Of a stretch of DNA of 64,000 nt, positions 54,138-64,000 are shown in pieces. This stretch comes from Candidatus Bathyarchaeota archaeon (GTDB lineage: Archaea > Thermoproteota > Bathyarchaeia > Bathyarchaeales > Bathycorpusculaceae). A program made the translations under genes and the position numbers. The notes under the pieces were generated by a model. That model saw only the letters and a list, made by a program, of their open reading frames with translations, was not told the origin of the DNA and ran no database searches. The number at the start of each line of letters is the position of its first letter. Position 1 is the first letter of the stretch. The stretch spans positions 512,001 to 576,000 of the forward strand of contig OY970280.1 in the NCBI GenBank assembly GCA_963715865.1, given 5' to 3'.

Positions 54138-54803
54138 CTAAGAACCACTCAATATTGAAGCGAGCAATCTGCGTTCTGCTTTTCTTCGATGTTCTATTAA
54201 AGCAGAGCTTTTTAACCCTAATTTATTTGCAAGTTCCTTTGACCCGATTCTTCTTGGAACATCATAATACCCCTCTTTGAAAGAGGTAACAAGCACTTCC
54301 CTTTGTTTTTGTGTCAAGCAGGAAAGAGGTGCACTCGGAGAAAAACTTGCATCTGTAAGCAATACTACTTTATAATGCAAACCGATGTTTTCGAAGGCTT
54401 TAAGCAAAGTCTTGAGCTGCTTGGGTTTTCCCAGAAAAGTCATCCTAATCTTGCCATCAGTTATTTCTAATGGAGTTAGGAAGTAGCCTCCAAACGACAA
54501 CCCAGAAGACGTGAGTTTTTGCTGCTTGGTGCCTTTGGGCAATTCACCTTTAACAAAATAGGTAAACCCACCATTTTTATCCTGTTCTAAAAGTTCAATC
54601 TTGGCGTTAGTAAGATGAGTGTAAGAGAGCATGTCTTCAATTTTGAATGAAGGGTCTTTGAATTCTATTCGCATAACTGCTGCGAATTCTTTGTCGTTAA
54701 ATCTTAAAAGACGCAAGATTTCGTTTGACTTTACCATATGGACAGGGGTGTTCGGTAATTTCTCGATTTCTGTTTCTGAAATCTCAAGGACCATTTTTCG
54801 CAT
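54138..54803 (-). CDS. Bacterio-opsin-activator-type HTH (HTH_10) regulator
   Basis: LTQKQREVL..S...GYYDVPRRI..KELA.KLG...S.L.EH.RKAERRL. Confidence 0.85.
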   Translation of the reverse strand: MRKMVLEISETEIEKLPNTPVHMVKSNEILRLLRFNDKEFAAVMRIEFKDPSFKIEDMLSYTHLTNAKIELLEQDKNGGFTYFVKGELPKGTKQQKLTSSGLSFGGYFLTPLEITDGKIRMTFLGKPKQLKTLLKAFENIGLHYKVVLLTDASFSPSAPLSCLTQKQREVLVTSFKEGYYDVPRRIGSKELANKLGLKSSALIEHRRKAERRLLASILSGS

Positions 54804-54929
54804 GAGTCTTGAGTATCTGTGATTTGATAATAAGGTTTGTGAATGAAAATTGCTGAAAAAGCCGACCTTAAGCGGTACAACTGTAATCCGTTACGATGCG
54901 ATTAAGGTAGCTTCATAAAAGGTGAAAAG

Positions 54930-55625
54930 ATGAACAATGAAATCAAGAAAACAGTTGTTGAAGCTGTCGATTTAAGAAAAACCTATACTATAGGAAAGAT
55001 TCCAGTTGAGGCATTACGTGGAGCGAACCTTCGAGTAGAAAGTGGCGAGTTTCTCTCAATTTTGGGTCCTTCAGGAAGTGGAAAATCAACTCTTCTCAAT
55101 CTAATTGGAGCATTAGATAAGCCAACTTCAGGTAGACTGCTCATCGATGGAGTTGACCTCTCAACACTCAACGATAATCAATTGACTGATGTAAGACTAA
55201 GGATTGGGTTTGTATTCCAATTCTTCAACCTCATTCCGAGATTTTCTGCTCTGGATAATGTCGAATTACCCATGTCAATCGCTGGTCTGAACAGAAGTGA
55301 ACGGAGAAAACGTGCAGAACAACTACTCGAAAATGTAGGATTGCGAGACCGTATGAACCATAAACCAACTGAACTAAGTGGTGGTCAACAACAACGTGTT
55401 GCAGTAGCAAGAGCATTAGCAAACAACCCTACTTTCTTGCTAATGGATGAACCAACAGGAAATGTAGACTCAAAGACTGCAAGTGAAGTTATTGCATTAG
55501 TTAAAAAACTCAACAATCAAGGAGCAACTATAATCATGGTAACACATGACCAGCGTCTTGCAATGGAAGCAAATCGTACTGTCAAGGTTCTTGATGGAGT
55601 CATTGCTTCGGATATGGTGAATTAA
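54930..55625 (+). CDS. ABC exporter ATPase (MacB/LolD family)
   Basis: GPSGSGKS, LSGGQQQRV, LMDEPTGN, VTHD. Confidence 0.95.
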   Translation: MNNEIKKTVVEAVDLRKTYTIGKIPVEALRGANLRVESGEFLSILGPSGSGKSTLLNLIGALDKPTSGRLLIDGVDLSTLNDNQLTDVRLRIGFVFQFFNLIPRFSALDNVELPMSIAGLNRSERRKRAEQLLENVGLRDRMNHKPTELSGGQQQRVAVARALANNPTFLLMDEPTGNVDSKTASEVIALVKKLNNQGATIIMVTHDQRLAMEANRTVKVLDGVIASDMVN

Positions 55626-55626
55626 C

Positions 55627-56937
55627 ATGCAAACAAGAGATGTGTTTTCATTTTCCTTCAGTGCTATTAAACTGCGAAAACTTCGCGCTGGTCTTACAAT
55701 ACTTGGCGTTGTCATTGGTATCGCTGCAATTGTAGCATTACTTTCGATTTCGCAAGGTCTTCAAACTACTATCACAAATCAAGTGGAAAAGGGTTTAGGA
55801 GCTAACACTCTAATAGTCACTTCTGGTACAGGTGGAGTTTTAGGGAGTGCATCAGGAGGTCTTAGCGGTGGGTCTCTTATTCCTTCAGCTCCATCATCTC
55901 TATCGGGAACAGCTTCGGCACCTAGACTGTACCTAAACTATACTAACGAAATACAGGCACTTTCACCAGATATTAAATCAGCGGTGGCTGTAGTTCAGCA
56001 GTCGGGATTCATCCAAAACGGAGACAAAGTCATCCAAATCAGTGGTGGAATCGTAGGCGTCAATTTCTCGGAGTATGTCGATACATATGGCGACACCTTC
56101 AAAGCAGAGAGCGGAGCTATACCCTTGAGTCCTTCGGATAATGATATTGTTATAGGTCAACGTATACATGACCCATCACTGAACGGGACAATATTTGCAG
56201 ATGTCAACAATGAAGTTAATGTGCTTTGGACAAACACAACTCAACTTCCATACACAAACCAAACTTATACTGCAAAGGTTGTAGCAGTGCTTCCTAAAAT
56301 TGGAGGGTTCCAGATTAGCGGTCCTTCAGACACTGGTGTTTATATTCCGATCGCAAAAGCTCGTAGCTTCTTTGGGACAGATGAGGCATCTTCAATTATT
56401 GTTACATTAAAGAATAGTGACAACACGACAATCACAAATGTTTCGAAACTCATAACCAACTACTTTGATAACCAAGTCACTGTCACCTCTGCTGCTGATA
56501 TTTCATCCACCATATCGACCTTATCTTCCACATTGAATCTTTTCCTTGGAGGAGTTGCAGTCATTTCGTTGTTTGTCGCAGGGATTGGCATAATGAACAT
56601 TATGATAGTCTCTTTGATTGAGCGAACCCGTGAAATAGGAATACTCAAAGCATTAGGAATGAAAAGCAGAACGGTTCTCGCCATCTTTCTGGGTGAATCT
56701 GTAATAATTGGCGTAATCGGAGGAGTTGTAGGCATCATCCTAGGTTGGGTCTTATCAAACGGTGTTGCTCTGGTCTTCAGCGCTGGAAGTAGCGGGATTA
56801 CAATAAGTCCCATCTTGACGCCTGAAGTAGCTCTGCTTGCGTTAGGATTCGGTGTATTGGTGAGCACAGTATTTGCTTTGTATCCAGCTTGGAGAGCTTC
56901 AAAATTGAGACCAGTAGAAGCATTGAGATACGAATGA
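55627..56937 (+). CDS. ABC exporter permease (MacB/FtsX family)
   Basis: LTILGVVIGIAAIV, GIGIMNIM..S..ERTREIGILKALG, PAWRASKL.PVEALRYE. Confidence 0.93.
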   Translation: MQTRDVFSFSFSAIKLRKLRAGLTILGVVIGIAAIVALLSISQGLQTTITNQVEKGLGANTLIVTSGTGGVLGSASGGLSGGSLIPSAPSSLSGTASAPRLYLNYTNEIQALSPDIKSAVAVVQQSGFIQNGDKVIQISGGIVGVNFSEYVDTYGDTFKAESGAIPLSPSDNDIVIGQRIHDPSLNGTIFADVNNEVNVLWTNTTQLPYTNQTYTAKVVAVLPKIGGFQISGPSDTGVYIPIAKARSFFGTDEASSIIVTLKNSDNTTITNVSKLITNYFDNQVTVTSAADISSTISTLSSTLNLFLGGVAVISLFVAGIGIMNIMIVSLIERTREIGILKALGMKSRTVLAIFLGESVIIGVIGGVVGIILGWVLSNGVALVFSAGSSGITISPILTPEVALLALGFGVLVSTVFALYPAWRASKLRPVEALRYE

Positions 56938-57042
56938 GTGAAACCGAAGGTCTAACACATTGACTATGTCGAGGAGTTCAAGAATCTCCCTGTTTCTTTC
57001 CTTTCTTAATCCCTCATTGCATCTTTACCAATCAGAGGCTGT

Positions 57043-57453
57043 TTAGAGATTGTCTTGATCTTTTTCAGGCAGCACAACGTTTAGAAGCGCTAATAAGATA
57101 TGTGCTGCTTGCTTGTCTGTTGCTTGGTCAAGGATATCTTGCATGCTGTGTTCTTTGAGAAACATAGCAAGGTAAGCTTTCATTCGCAGTTCGTAACTCA
57201 TCTGGCCTTTGGAATCCTCTTTTGCGGGTTTTGTTTCTCCAATGTAGCCCTTTTCCTGCAACGAGTGCAGCCGTTTGGTTAGGCTTGCGTAGTATGTTTC
57301 CTCGAGGCCTTCATATTTGCCTATTTGCTTGAGTAGTTGCTTGATCGTCTGGGGACTTTCTTTGACGAGGATATCAAAGATGGCATCATTAGCCCTAGCT
57401 GCTCTGTCAACAAACACTTCAAGCTCGGTGCCTTTGTTTTTCTTCCGCGCCAA
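57043..57453 (-). CDS. Winged-HTH-like hypothetical protein
   Basis: IFDIL..ESPQTIKQL....SLTKRLHSLQEKGYI...YEL. Confidence 0.55.
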   Translation of the reverse strand: MARKKNKGTELEVFVDRAARANDAIFDILVKESPQTIKQLLKQIGKYEGLEETYYASLTKRLHSLQEKGYIGETKPAKEDSKGQMSYELRMKAYLAMFLKEHSMQDILDQATDKQAAHILLALLNVVLPEKDQDNL

Positions 57454-57782
57454 AGTTTTCAGTTCGCCTCCAACGCTGAGAGCAAAAATTAGGGCTTTCG
57501 GAACTAGCTTATCACATTATTCGTGGCTGTTTTTGCGTTTTTGACCGAGGCAAAATCTTTCTTCGGCTAGAAATGCCTTGGGTAAATTTTTTCTGGAGAC
57601 CCTATTTATGCAAAATTTGAGTTTGGATGGACCAAGTTAGGTTGGGTCTGGGTTTTTTGCCGCGTTTTGACGGGGTGTTTTCTAGCCGAAGAAACGTTTT
57701 TCCCATCACATTTCTTCGGGTGAAAAAGCAAACTGAAAGAAAAAAATTTGTTTGCGGGGGCGCTTCCAAAAGCAGATTTAGA

Positions 57783-58040
57783 TCATATGCGTTTTTCGCT
57801 GCAAACTTGCTTGGCGGTTTTGTTTCTTGTCATTGTGATAGTTATGATTTCTTTCTCAGCTGTTTCTCTACTTGCGAAGTCTAACTCAAAGTCTTTTTTC
57901 TCATGAGGCTCAATTTTACCATTAAGTTTGGTAGGCAAGCCTAGGTCGTAGTGTTTGTAGCGGTATTCTTGCCTTTTCTTATAACGTTTCTTTATCCAGC
58001 GCACTCGAAATCTTACCAACTTCAAAATCTCCAAGAACAA
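57783..58040 (-). CDS. Small basic hypothetical protein (possibly AbrB-like)
   Basis: RWIKKRYKKRQEYRYKHYDLGLPTKL. Confidence 0.4.
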   Translation of the reverse strand: MFLEILKLVRFRVRWIKKRYKKRQEYRYKHYDLGLPTKLNGKIEPHEKKDFELDFASRETAEKEIITITMTRNKTAKQVCSEKRI

Positions 58041-58377
58041 CCTGAAATCTATCTTTGAAAGGCCTCAAGCTCGTGCTTATGGTTCGGATCGCTTAAAAGA
58101 TAAGTGAACAAACTGCTCAGCTGCGCAGTGGAGAGGTAAGTGAAAGTGAAAATCTATGTGCATAATTGACTTTTTAGTGAGGTTTGCTGAGGCTCTGGAC
58201 CATTTTTAAGGAGAAAAGAAAAATGATAGCTTGCTAAAGGCTATTGCTTTTCGTGAATTTTAACCAGAGCCTTCTCAGCCTTATCTCTTCTCCATTGCTT
58301 TCTAGAAACTAAAAAAGGGGGAAATGTTGTTTCTGTTTGGCGTTTTTACGGTCGTTTCCTGAGCATCAGTATTATTG

Positions 58378-60303
58378 CTACTTTATCTGCCTAGGCTCAA
58401 CAGCATAAACAGATCGTTTCCTAAGGAACAGTAGTATTACTAGAGCAAGGGTTATGATGATTAGAACGAATAGGCCGGCGATTGCAGGAACAAAGTACTG
58501 TTCAGAGACTGGCATTGGAGTAGATGTGGGTGTTGGTGTTGCTGGATTAACCTGAACTGCACTGGTTTCTGCACTAGACCAGCAGTAGGCGTTGTTTCCT
58601 TCGAACCGTGCCACAAATGTGTAGGCGCCTGTGCTTGGAGGAGTGAAACTGTACGTGAATTGTCCTGCGGAGTTTGTGGTTGTGTTGCCGAAGTCTGTCC
58701 AAGTTCCATCTGATGCAATATAGCTTAAGATAACTGGAACCCCACTTACACATGGGGATTGCAGTGTCGGATTTTGTTGGCTGAACGGAGACTCATCAGT
58801 TACCGAGCCCGAGAGGACTACCGCGCCGCTCCCAGCAGTCATATAATTCGTGGAAGCTGCGAGAGTTGTGGTTGTAGGACCTGCGCCAATACAGTAAACA
58901 TAGTGAAGCTCTGCGGTGACGTAGCCATATCCATCAGCAATGGTAAGCTTTTTAGGCTCATAAGGAAATGCCATTTTCCATACTAGGTTGCCTGTAAAAG
59001 CATTCACACAAAACAAAACCCCTGGGTAAGTGCCTGGAGCGGGATAGCCCGTGACGGTAGAGGCCCAAGAGGGAAAGTAGATATTACCGGCAGCAATGGT
59101 AGGCTGTAACCAGTCCATGCTTCCTTCTGCTTTGAATGTCCATAATAGTGTGCCGGTCGTTGCATTCAAAGCATAGAGATTCCCCTCCTCGCCACCCGCT
59201 AAGTAAACTATGCCGTAGGCACTGGATATTTCATCCAGGTAGGCGCTTGGAGTAGCAACATACGTCCACAGTAGGTCTCCAGTCGTAGCGTTCAAACAAT
59301 AAAGAGTGTTCGTGTTGCCCGATGGTTCGTAAACCCTGCCATCAACAACGTTTATTGTTTGCCAAAAAGTCTCGTTAGCAACGCCTGGCGTGAATTTCCA
59401 TATCAATGTGCCAGTTGTTGCATTAAGACAGTAGATATTGTCAGCCCCGAAATCACCAAAGTAGACTTTTCCATTGTCGACACAGAGGGCATGCTCCCCC
59501 ATACTAACTGAAAAATTCCATAATTCCACCCAATACTGATCCCCACTTGCTATCGTATTCACACACCCATACGCTCCTCTTTCTTCGTAGCAAATGACAT
59601 AAGATGGGCCAACGCCAACATCAGTTTGCACAGTAGCATATATCATTGAACCATTGACAACAAGTACTCTCGTCATCCCAGTTGCTGGCAAAACAGTAAG
59701 ATCTTGACCAGCGGGCACCGTGGAATTCCATATTTGCGGAGAGCTCCACAGCAGAGCTCCTGTATTTTCACTGAAAGCGTAAACACTAGTATCGCCTGCA
59801 CCCGACCCTACGTAAACGATGCCATTGAGCGGTGAGACTGAGACAAATTCCGCCCCAAAAGCCCAACCGGTTGGGTTTTGGGCTTCCCAAATTATGTCTC
59901 CCGTATAGGCATCACGACATTCTAGAGTATTTCCCTCGGCCATAAAAACTCTGCCTTTGTCGATGGCACACATTTCAGCTGAACGATCGACACGCCATAG
60001 TATGTGGGTGCTGTTTGGCGCGTCGCTTGGCGTGTAGGATGTACCCTCCTGGTCATAAAGTTTAGATAGGAGCCAAGGATAGTTTGTTACGCCAGACTCT
60101 GGGCGATATTCGCCATTAGGTGTTGTAGTTATAAGGTTTATCCAGCTGCTCGGCGTCGCTGCCGGAAAAGGCCCCGTAGTTTGAGTAGTCGCTGGCGGAA
60201 CGCTGGCCGCAGCTTGAGGAATAGCAGTCATAAACGTTGAAGCAGCAAACATCAGAATCAAAGCAATCGTAATAGTTGCAATTTTATTTTTAGCAATTTG
60301 CAT
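58378..60303 (-). CDS. Surface protein with PQQ-like beta-propeller repeats, Ig-like domain and C-terminal TM anchor
   Basis: Signal peptide; repeated (C/A)LNATTG.LLW.(F/Y); Thr/Pro linker, C-terminal TM plus RKR. Confidence 0.88.
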   Translation of the reverse strand: MQIAKNKIATITIALILMFAASTFMTAIPQAAASVPPATTQTTGPFPAATPSSWINLITTTPNGEYRPESGVTNYPWLLSKLYDQEGTSYTPSDAPNSTHILWRVDRSAEMCAIDKGRVFMAEGNTLECRDAYTGDIIWEAQNPTGWAFGAEFVSVSPLNGIVYVGSGAGDTSVYAFSENTGALLWSSPQIWNSTVPAGQDLTVLPATGMTRVLVVNGSMIYATVQTDVGVGPSYVICYEERGAYGCVNTIASGDQYWVELWNFSVSMGEHALCVDNGKVYFGDFGADNIYCLNATTGTLIWKFTPGVANETFWQTINVVDGRVYEPSGNTNTLYCLNATTGDLLWTYVATPSAYLDEISSAYGIVYLAGGEEGNLYALNATTGTLLWTFKAEGSMDWLQPTIAAGNIYFPSWASTVTGYPAPGTYPGVLFCVNAFTGNLVWKMAFPYEPKKLTIADGYGYVTAELHYVYCIGAGPTTTTLAASTNYMTAGSGAVVLSGSVTDESPFSQQNPTLQSPCVSGVPVILSYIASDGTWTDFGNTTTNSAGQFTYSFTPPSTGAYTFVARFEGNNAYCWSSAETSAVQVNPATPTPTSTPMPVSEQYFVPAIAGLFVLIIITLALVILLFLRKRSVYAVEPRQIK

Positions 60304-60362
60304 TTTTTTGTTCTCCTTTTTTCTGTATTGTTTTTCGCATTTTTTTTCTTTCCTTTTTTCTG

Positions 60363-60473
60363 TGAGACACTATTGGTTTGGGTTGTGTATATATAATTTG
60401 TGGCACTAAAGTGGTGTCTCAATTTGTGTCTCAGAAAGTATCATGTAAGCGTTTTAGAAGATTTTTGTGGCAC
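60363..60473. promoter_or_regulatory. Cluster of GTGTCTC/GTGGCAC heptamers in a divergent promoter
   Basis: GAGACAC ~60364, GTGGCAC ~60400, GTGTCTC ~60414 and ~60426, GTGGCAC ~60467. Confidence 0.45.
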
Positions 60474-60679
60474 CAAAGAGGAAAAACAGAATGCAGAAAG
60501 GTAAAGGTAGATTCATCAACAGACCCACAAGAACCGGAGGACGTAATTATGACAAATTCTTCATATATATTCCAACAGAAGTTGCAAGAGATGGAACATT
60601 TCCCTTCAAAGAAGGAGAAGAAGTAGCACTGCACATAGAAAACAAAAGGGTAATAATAGAGAAAACAGAACGAAATTGA
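60467..60679 (+). CDS. AbrB/MazE/SpoVT-type DNA-binding protein (start may be ATG ~60490)
   Basis: YDKFFIYIPTEVARDGTFPFKEGEEVALHIENKRVIIEK. Confidence 0.75.
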   Translation: MAPKRKNRMQKGKGRFINRPTRTGGRNYDKFFIYIPTEVARDGTFPFKEGEEVALHIENKRVIIEKTERN

Positions 60680-61028
60680 AATAAATTCAGCAGTTCCGTC
60701 TATATTATAGAGTATATTAGAGAAAATTCTGAAAAAAGATATTTTCATAACATTTGATAAAGCACATGGGAAGAGTTCTCTTAAACAGGTTGCAAGGTTG
60801 AATTCATTATTGACCCATGACTAAGCCCTAAAGCTAACACATTTCCCTTTATACAGAGGGGATATAAACTGCTCCGAGCACTAGAGTTCCAAGGCTTTTT
60901 ACAACATAAAACAAGGTTTAACTTTCATTATATGAAGTTTGTGTTGATGAAGACAATCTTGCTGTTTGCTTGATAACCGTAATTGATATTAACCGATTAT
61001 CTAAAGTATCAGAAAAGCAGCTCCTAAG

Positions 61029-61283
61029 TTGGTGACAAACGTCTTCAACATACTAATCGCCATCATCATACTGGTTTTAGCCATAGTGTTAGATTTGGTT
61101 CTTGGCGACCCATCACCAAATTATCCTGCCAAATGGGTTTTCAAGTTGCACCCAACCGTCTTGATGGGCAAATTCACTAAAAAAATCGAACCCTACTTCA
61201 AAAACAAAGACCCAAAAATAGAAAAGCTCCTAGGCGTTTTCTTGGCGTTAACAGTAAGTGTTCATTCAATAGGTTGGCTGTGA
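61029..61283 (+). pseudogene. cbiB: N-terminal fragment of cobalamin biosynthesis protein CbiB/CobD
   Basis: LAIVLDLVLGDP.......HPTVLMG; similarity ends after ~77 aa of a ~320-aa protein. Confidence 0.75.
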
Positions 61284-61708
61284 ACTTGAAGGCTTTGCTG
61301 GAAACCTTTCGCTCTTTCGATTTACGTTTTACCGTGTTAGTATAAGATCTCAAGTAGGCGCACTAAAGTAATATTATCAAACTCTTAAGACACTTTTCCA
61401 TCTACTGAAGATGGTGATTACGACAAGAAACGAACAAACACTTTGCCTTCGAGATAAATTAAATTAAAAAAGAAAGAGGTTTTGCTTGAGGTTTTGGCGC
61501 TATGGCTTTTTTCTCAGCATTAGTAAGCCGACCTAAGCGCTTGGTCCTGATTGACTATGCACTTTCTGTTCTTACTGTTATGCCTTGGAATTGAACCAAA
61601 ATTACTTTTCGCTAAACACTTGAAATCAATGCTTTCCTACGGATGGTTAAGAGATAGTCGATAAAAATAGGAAAAATCAAAATAATACTAAGCCGCTAAA
61701 AAAGTATT

Positions 61709-61900
61709 ATGAAATTTGACGGCTTTCCGGGAGAAAAGACGATCTTATCGTTTAAGATAGCAAATGGTGTGGACTGGTTAACCACTCATCGCCTCATCAT
61801 CCAAAAGGAGACGCATAACCCGCGCTTTAACATCATGGAGAGGCAAGACCCTGAAATGTACCTTTTACGCGATTTTGAGAAAGCCGAAATAAAAGGATGA
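61709..61900 (+). CDS. Small hypothetical protein or fragment
   Basis: 63-aa ORF. Confidence 0.3.
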   Translation: MKFDGFPGEKTILSFKIANGVDWLTTHRLIIQKETHNPRFNIMERQDPEMYLLRDFEKAEIKG

Positions 61901-62052
61901 AAAGAAGCCCCCACCTCAAGGGATAAGATTACTTGGGGAAATCTATGGCAAAGCAAATTTTAAGGCACTGTGATTCTGCATATAACTTAAAAGAACACAG
62001 ACATAATAGTCAGTTGCTCTGGATGAAAAAAGCTGAAAAAGAGTGAAAACTC

Positions 62053-62544
62053 ATGGAAGAATCAAAACTTAGAGAAATTGCAAAAGAGTATCTGACAAGA
62101 GAATTTGAGAAAAGTCGCTTTCATATGCCATTTGAGATTTTTCATGGGAAAGGACCTCTTACCATGCATCTTAGGAGAAAGTTTCACGGAGATGATTTGA
62201 CCACAATTCCAAACTTTGATGTTGCCAACGTAGAGCCTGATATTGCAGGAATAATAATTTCCTCAATTAATGACCAGAAATTATGGATAATTGCAGAAGT
62301 GAAAGCCAACGAGCAATCAGTTTCGCAAGGCGACCGCAGACAAGCTGTAGATTATGCCAATGCAACGAATGCTTTCAAGGCGTTTCTAATTTCCGACGGT
62401 CAACTAGGGCAAGATGTTAAGAAAGACCTCAAGGTTGGTCTGCACAAATATAATGGCATGTTTGAAACTGGTCAGAAAGGTAATGGTTATTTAGTCTTTA
62501 TCAGATATTTAGAGAGGACTGGACAGTTTGCCCCAAATCGATGA
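62053..62544 (+). CDS. PD-(D/E)xK nuclease-like protein
   Basis: VEPDIAGII...IIAEVKAN...QAVDYANA (PD..ExK..Q..Y). Confidence 0.65.
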   Translation: MEESKLREIAKEYLTREFEKSRFHMPFEIFHGKGPLTMHLRRKFHGDDLTTIPNFDVANVEPDIAGIIISSINDQKLWIIAEVKANEQSVSQGDRRQAVDYANATNAFKAFLISDGQLGQDVKKDLKVGLHKYNGMFETGQKGNGYLVFIRYLERTGQFAPNR

Positions 62545-63499
62545 CATATCTCCAAGAAATGAAGAAGCTAACGGAACAAATATAGCGAGAGCGAAAGAAG
62601 AAGACGCACTCGATACGAATGGCGAAGCAGAGAAAGTGATGCCAGAAAAAGGTGCCAAACGGTTAAATGATTTGAATGGAGCCACTTGGCTTCAGTGGTC
62701 AAAATCAGTTTGGCGGTTTAAAACTCCCGTCCTCAATAATTTTGGGCACCCCGCTATTTTTCCAGATTTTGTGGCAGAGAGACTTATAAAAATCTTCACA
62801 AAAAAGAATGACTTAGTATTAGACCCTATGGCTGGCATAGGAACAACTATTTGGGTTTCCAAGAAACTCGGTCGGAATGCAGTCGGGATAGAACTATCAC
62901 CCAAATACTGTGAAAAAGCAAACTCAAGATTGAAGGATTCGCAAATAACCAGATTTTTGTCTGAGAGTTCTCTTCAGAAGACACTTGCAGAAAAAGAAGA
63001 GCCGATAACCGCTGGTCTCTCTCAAAAGATAATTTGCGACGATGCTCGAAATCTCCTAAAACACGTTTGTCCAGATTCAATCGATTTTTGCGTAACTTCT
63101 CCACCATACTGGATTGGTCTTCATGGCGTAAATGGAAAATACACGGGACAGACCCAGAAGGAATGGAAAATTTATGGCAATAATGAAAAAGATTATGGGA
63201 ACATCGAGGACTATCAGAAATTTGTTGATGAGCTTAAGAGTCTTTTTTTAAACGTGTTTAAAGTCTTAAGAGAAGGCAAATACTGCGTTGTTATTATTCA
63301 GGATTCCAGAAGAGGGTCTACCGTATATCCTTTGCATATGGATTTCTGTTACGCAATGAAATCAATAGGATATAGCTATCAAGACTCGATCATATGGGAA
63401 CACCCAACTTATACTACACGCCCACTGGGTTACCCTTCGACATTTGTAATATCACGTGTTCACGACTTTATAATGGTTTTCAGAAAACCGAAGCTGTAA
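62528..63499 (+). CDS. Amino (N4-C/N6-A) DNA methyltransferase
   Basis: HPAIFP, VLDPMAGIGTT, IELS, CVTSPPYW, IIWEH. Confidence 0.88.
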   Translation: MPQIDDISPRNEEANGTNIARAKEEDALDTNGEAEKVMPEKGAKRLNDLNGATWLQWSKSVWRFKTPVLNNFGHPAIFPDFVAERLIKIFTKKNDLVLDPMAGIGTTIWVSKKLGRNAVGIELSPKYCEKANSRLKDSQITRFLSESSLQKTLAEKEEPITAGLSQKIICDDARNLLKHVCPDSIDFCVTSPPYWIGLHGVNGKYTGQTQKEWKIYGNNEKDYGNIEDYQKFVDELKSLFLNVFKVLREGKYCVVIIQDSRRGSTVYPLHMDFCYAMKSIGYSYQDSIIWEHPTYTTRPLGYPSTFVISRVHDFIMVFRKPKL

Positions 63500-63548
63500 T
63501 TAACAAAATTCATATAGCAAAAACTCTGCATATGCAGTTTAGAGTCCC

Positions 63549-64000
63549 TTGCAACATAAATCAGAAGAATGCTATTTCATTGGCTTGTTAATAGGCAGAG
63601 GGTCATTAGAGAACAGTACTTCACTCTTCGCACAGAGCGAACCCTATGGCAAATACGTACTACGCGTTCCGTCCTTTAAACACTCATCTCTTGGAAAGGC
63701 AATAGTTCAAACTCTAATATCTCATCCCAATGGACTTGATTCTAAAGAAATAATTGACAAAACGCCTAAATTGAAGGCTAATCTCAGTCTAACCCCAAAG
63801 GTCGTCGGTCAGTTTTGCGGAAGGAACCTTCAGAACTGGCATCCAATCAGTTTAGAGGTTAGCAGGCCCCTGCTTGAAAGAAAAGGGAAAAAATGGGCAA
63901 TTAGCGACAAAACCTTGGCGAATAGGTACTTGGAAGAACAAGAAAAATACTTTGAAAGAAACAAGAGGAGCTTAGATTTTGTTCTTAATTACATCCAGGA
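63549..64000 (+). CDS. Partial ORF running off the window; LAGLIDADG-like N-terminal helix
   Basis: Frame open from TTG 63549 to the end: QHKSEECYFIGLLIGRGSLE...; not in the supplied track. Confidence 0.45.
   Translation, partial: MQHKSEECYFIGLLIGRGSLENSTSLFAQSEPYGKYVLRVPSFKHSSLGKAIVQTLISHPNGLDSKEIIDKTPKLKANLSLTPKVVGQFCGRNLQNWHPISLEVSRPLLERKGKKWAISDKTLANRYLEEQEKYFERNKRSLDFVLNYIQ

Overview
Archaeal DNA, most likely Bathyarchaeia (TACK). This is inferred from the 23S rRNA, the rpl14e-cbf5 block, a Zn-ribbon tyrosine integrase and a PQQ-type propeller surface protein. Layout: (1) ~0.6-20.8 kb surface-glycan cluster with many GT2/GT4 enzymes, a nucleotidyltransferase, three SAM methyltransferases, a B12 radical-SAM enzyme and a cellulose-synthase-like GT2 + DUF3131-like module, several genes frameshifted; (2) ~23.5-27.4 kb complete, apparently intact NHEJ operon (LigD-Pol, Ku, ligase-phosphoesterase fusion, DUF72) with a divergent OB-fold SSB-like gene; (3) membrane proteins, then a decayed integrated element next to tRNA-Leu(UAA), which carries a D-arm intron; (4) rpl14e and cbf5, with cbf5 interrupted inside its catalytic Asp codon by a 24-nt bulge-helix-bulge intron; (5) tRNA-Thr(UGU) and a type I R-M locus with a TATA-binding-protein paralog between hsdM and hsdS; (6) a stand-alone 23S rRNA gene in a ~100-bp processing stem, then an integrase mini-element; (7) ABC exporter, PQQ-propeller protein, truncated cbiB and a nuclease/methyltransferase module running off the end. 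No CRISPR array seen. All calls come from motif recognition by eye; no searches were run.
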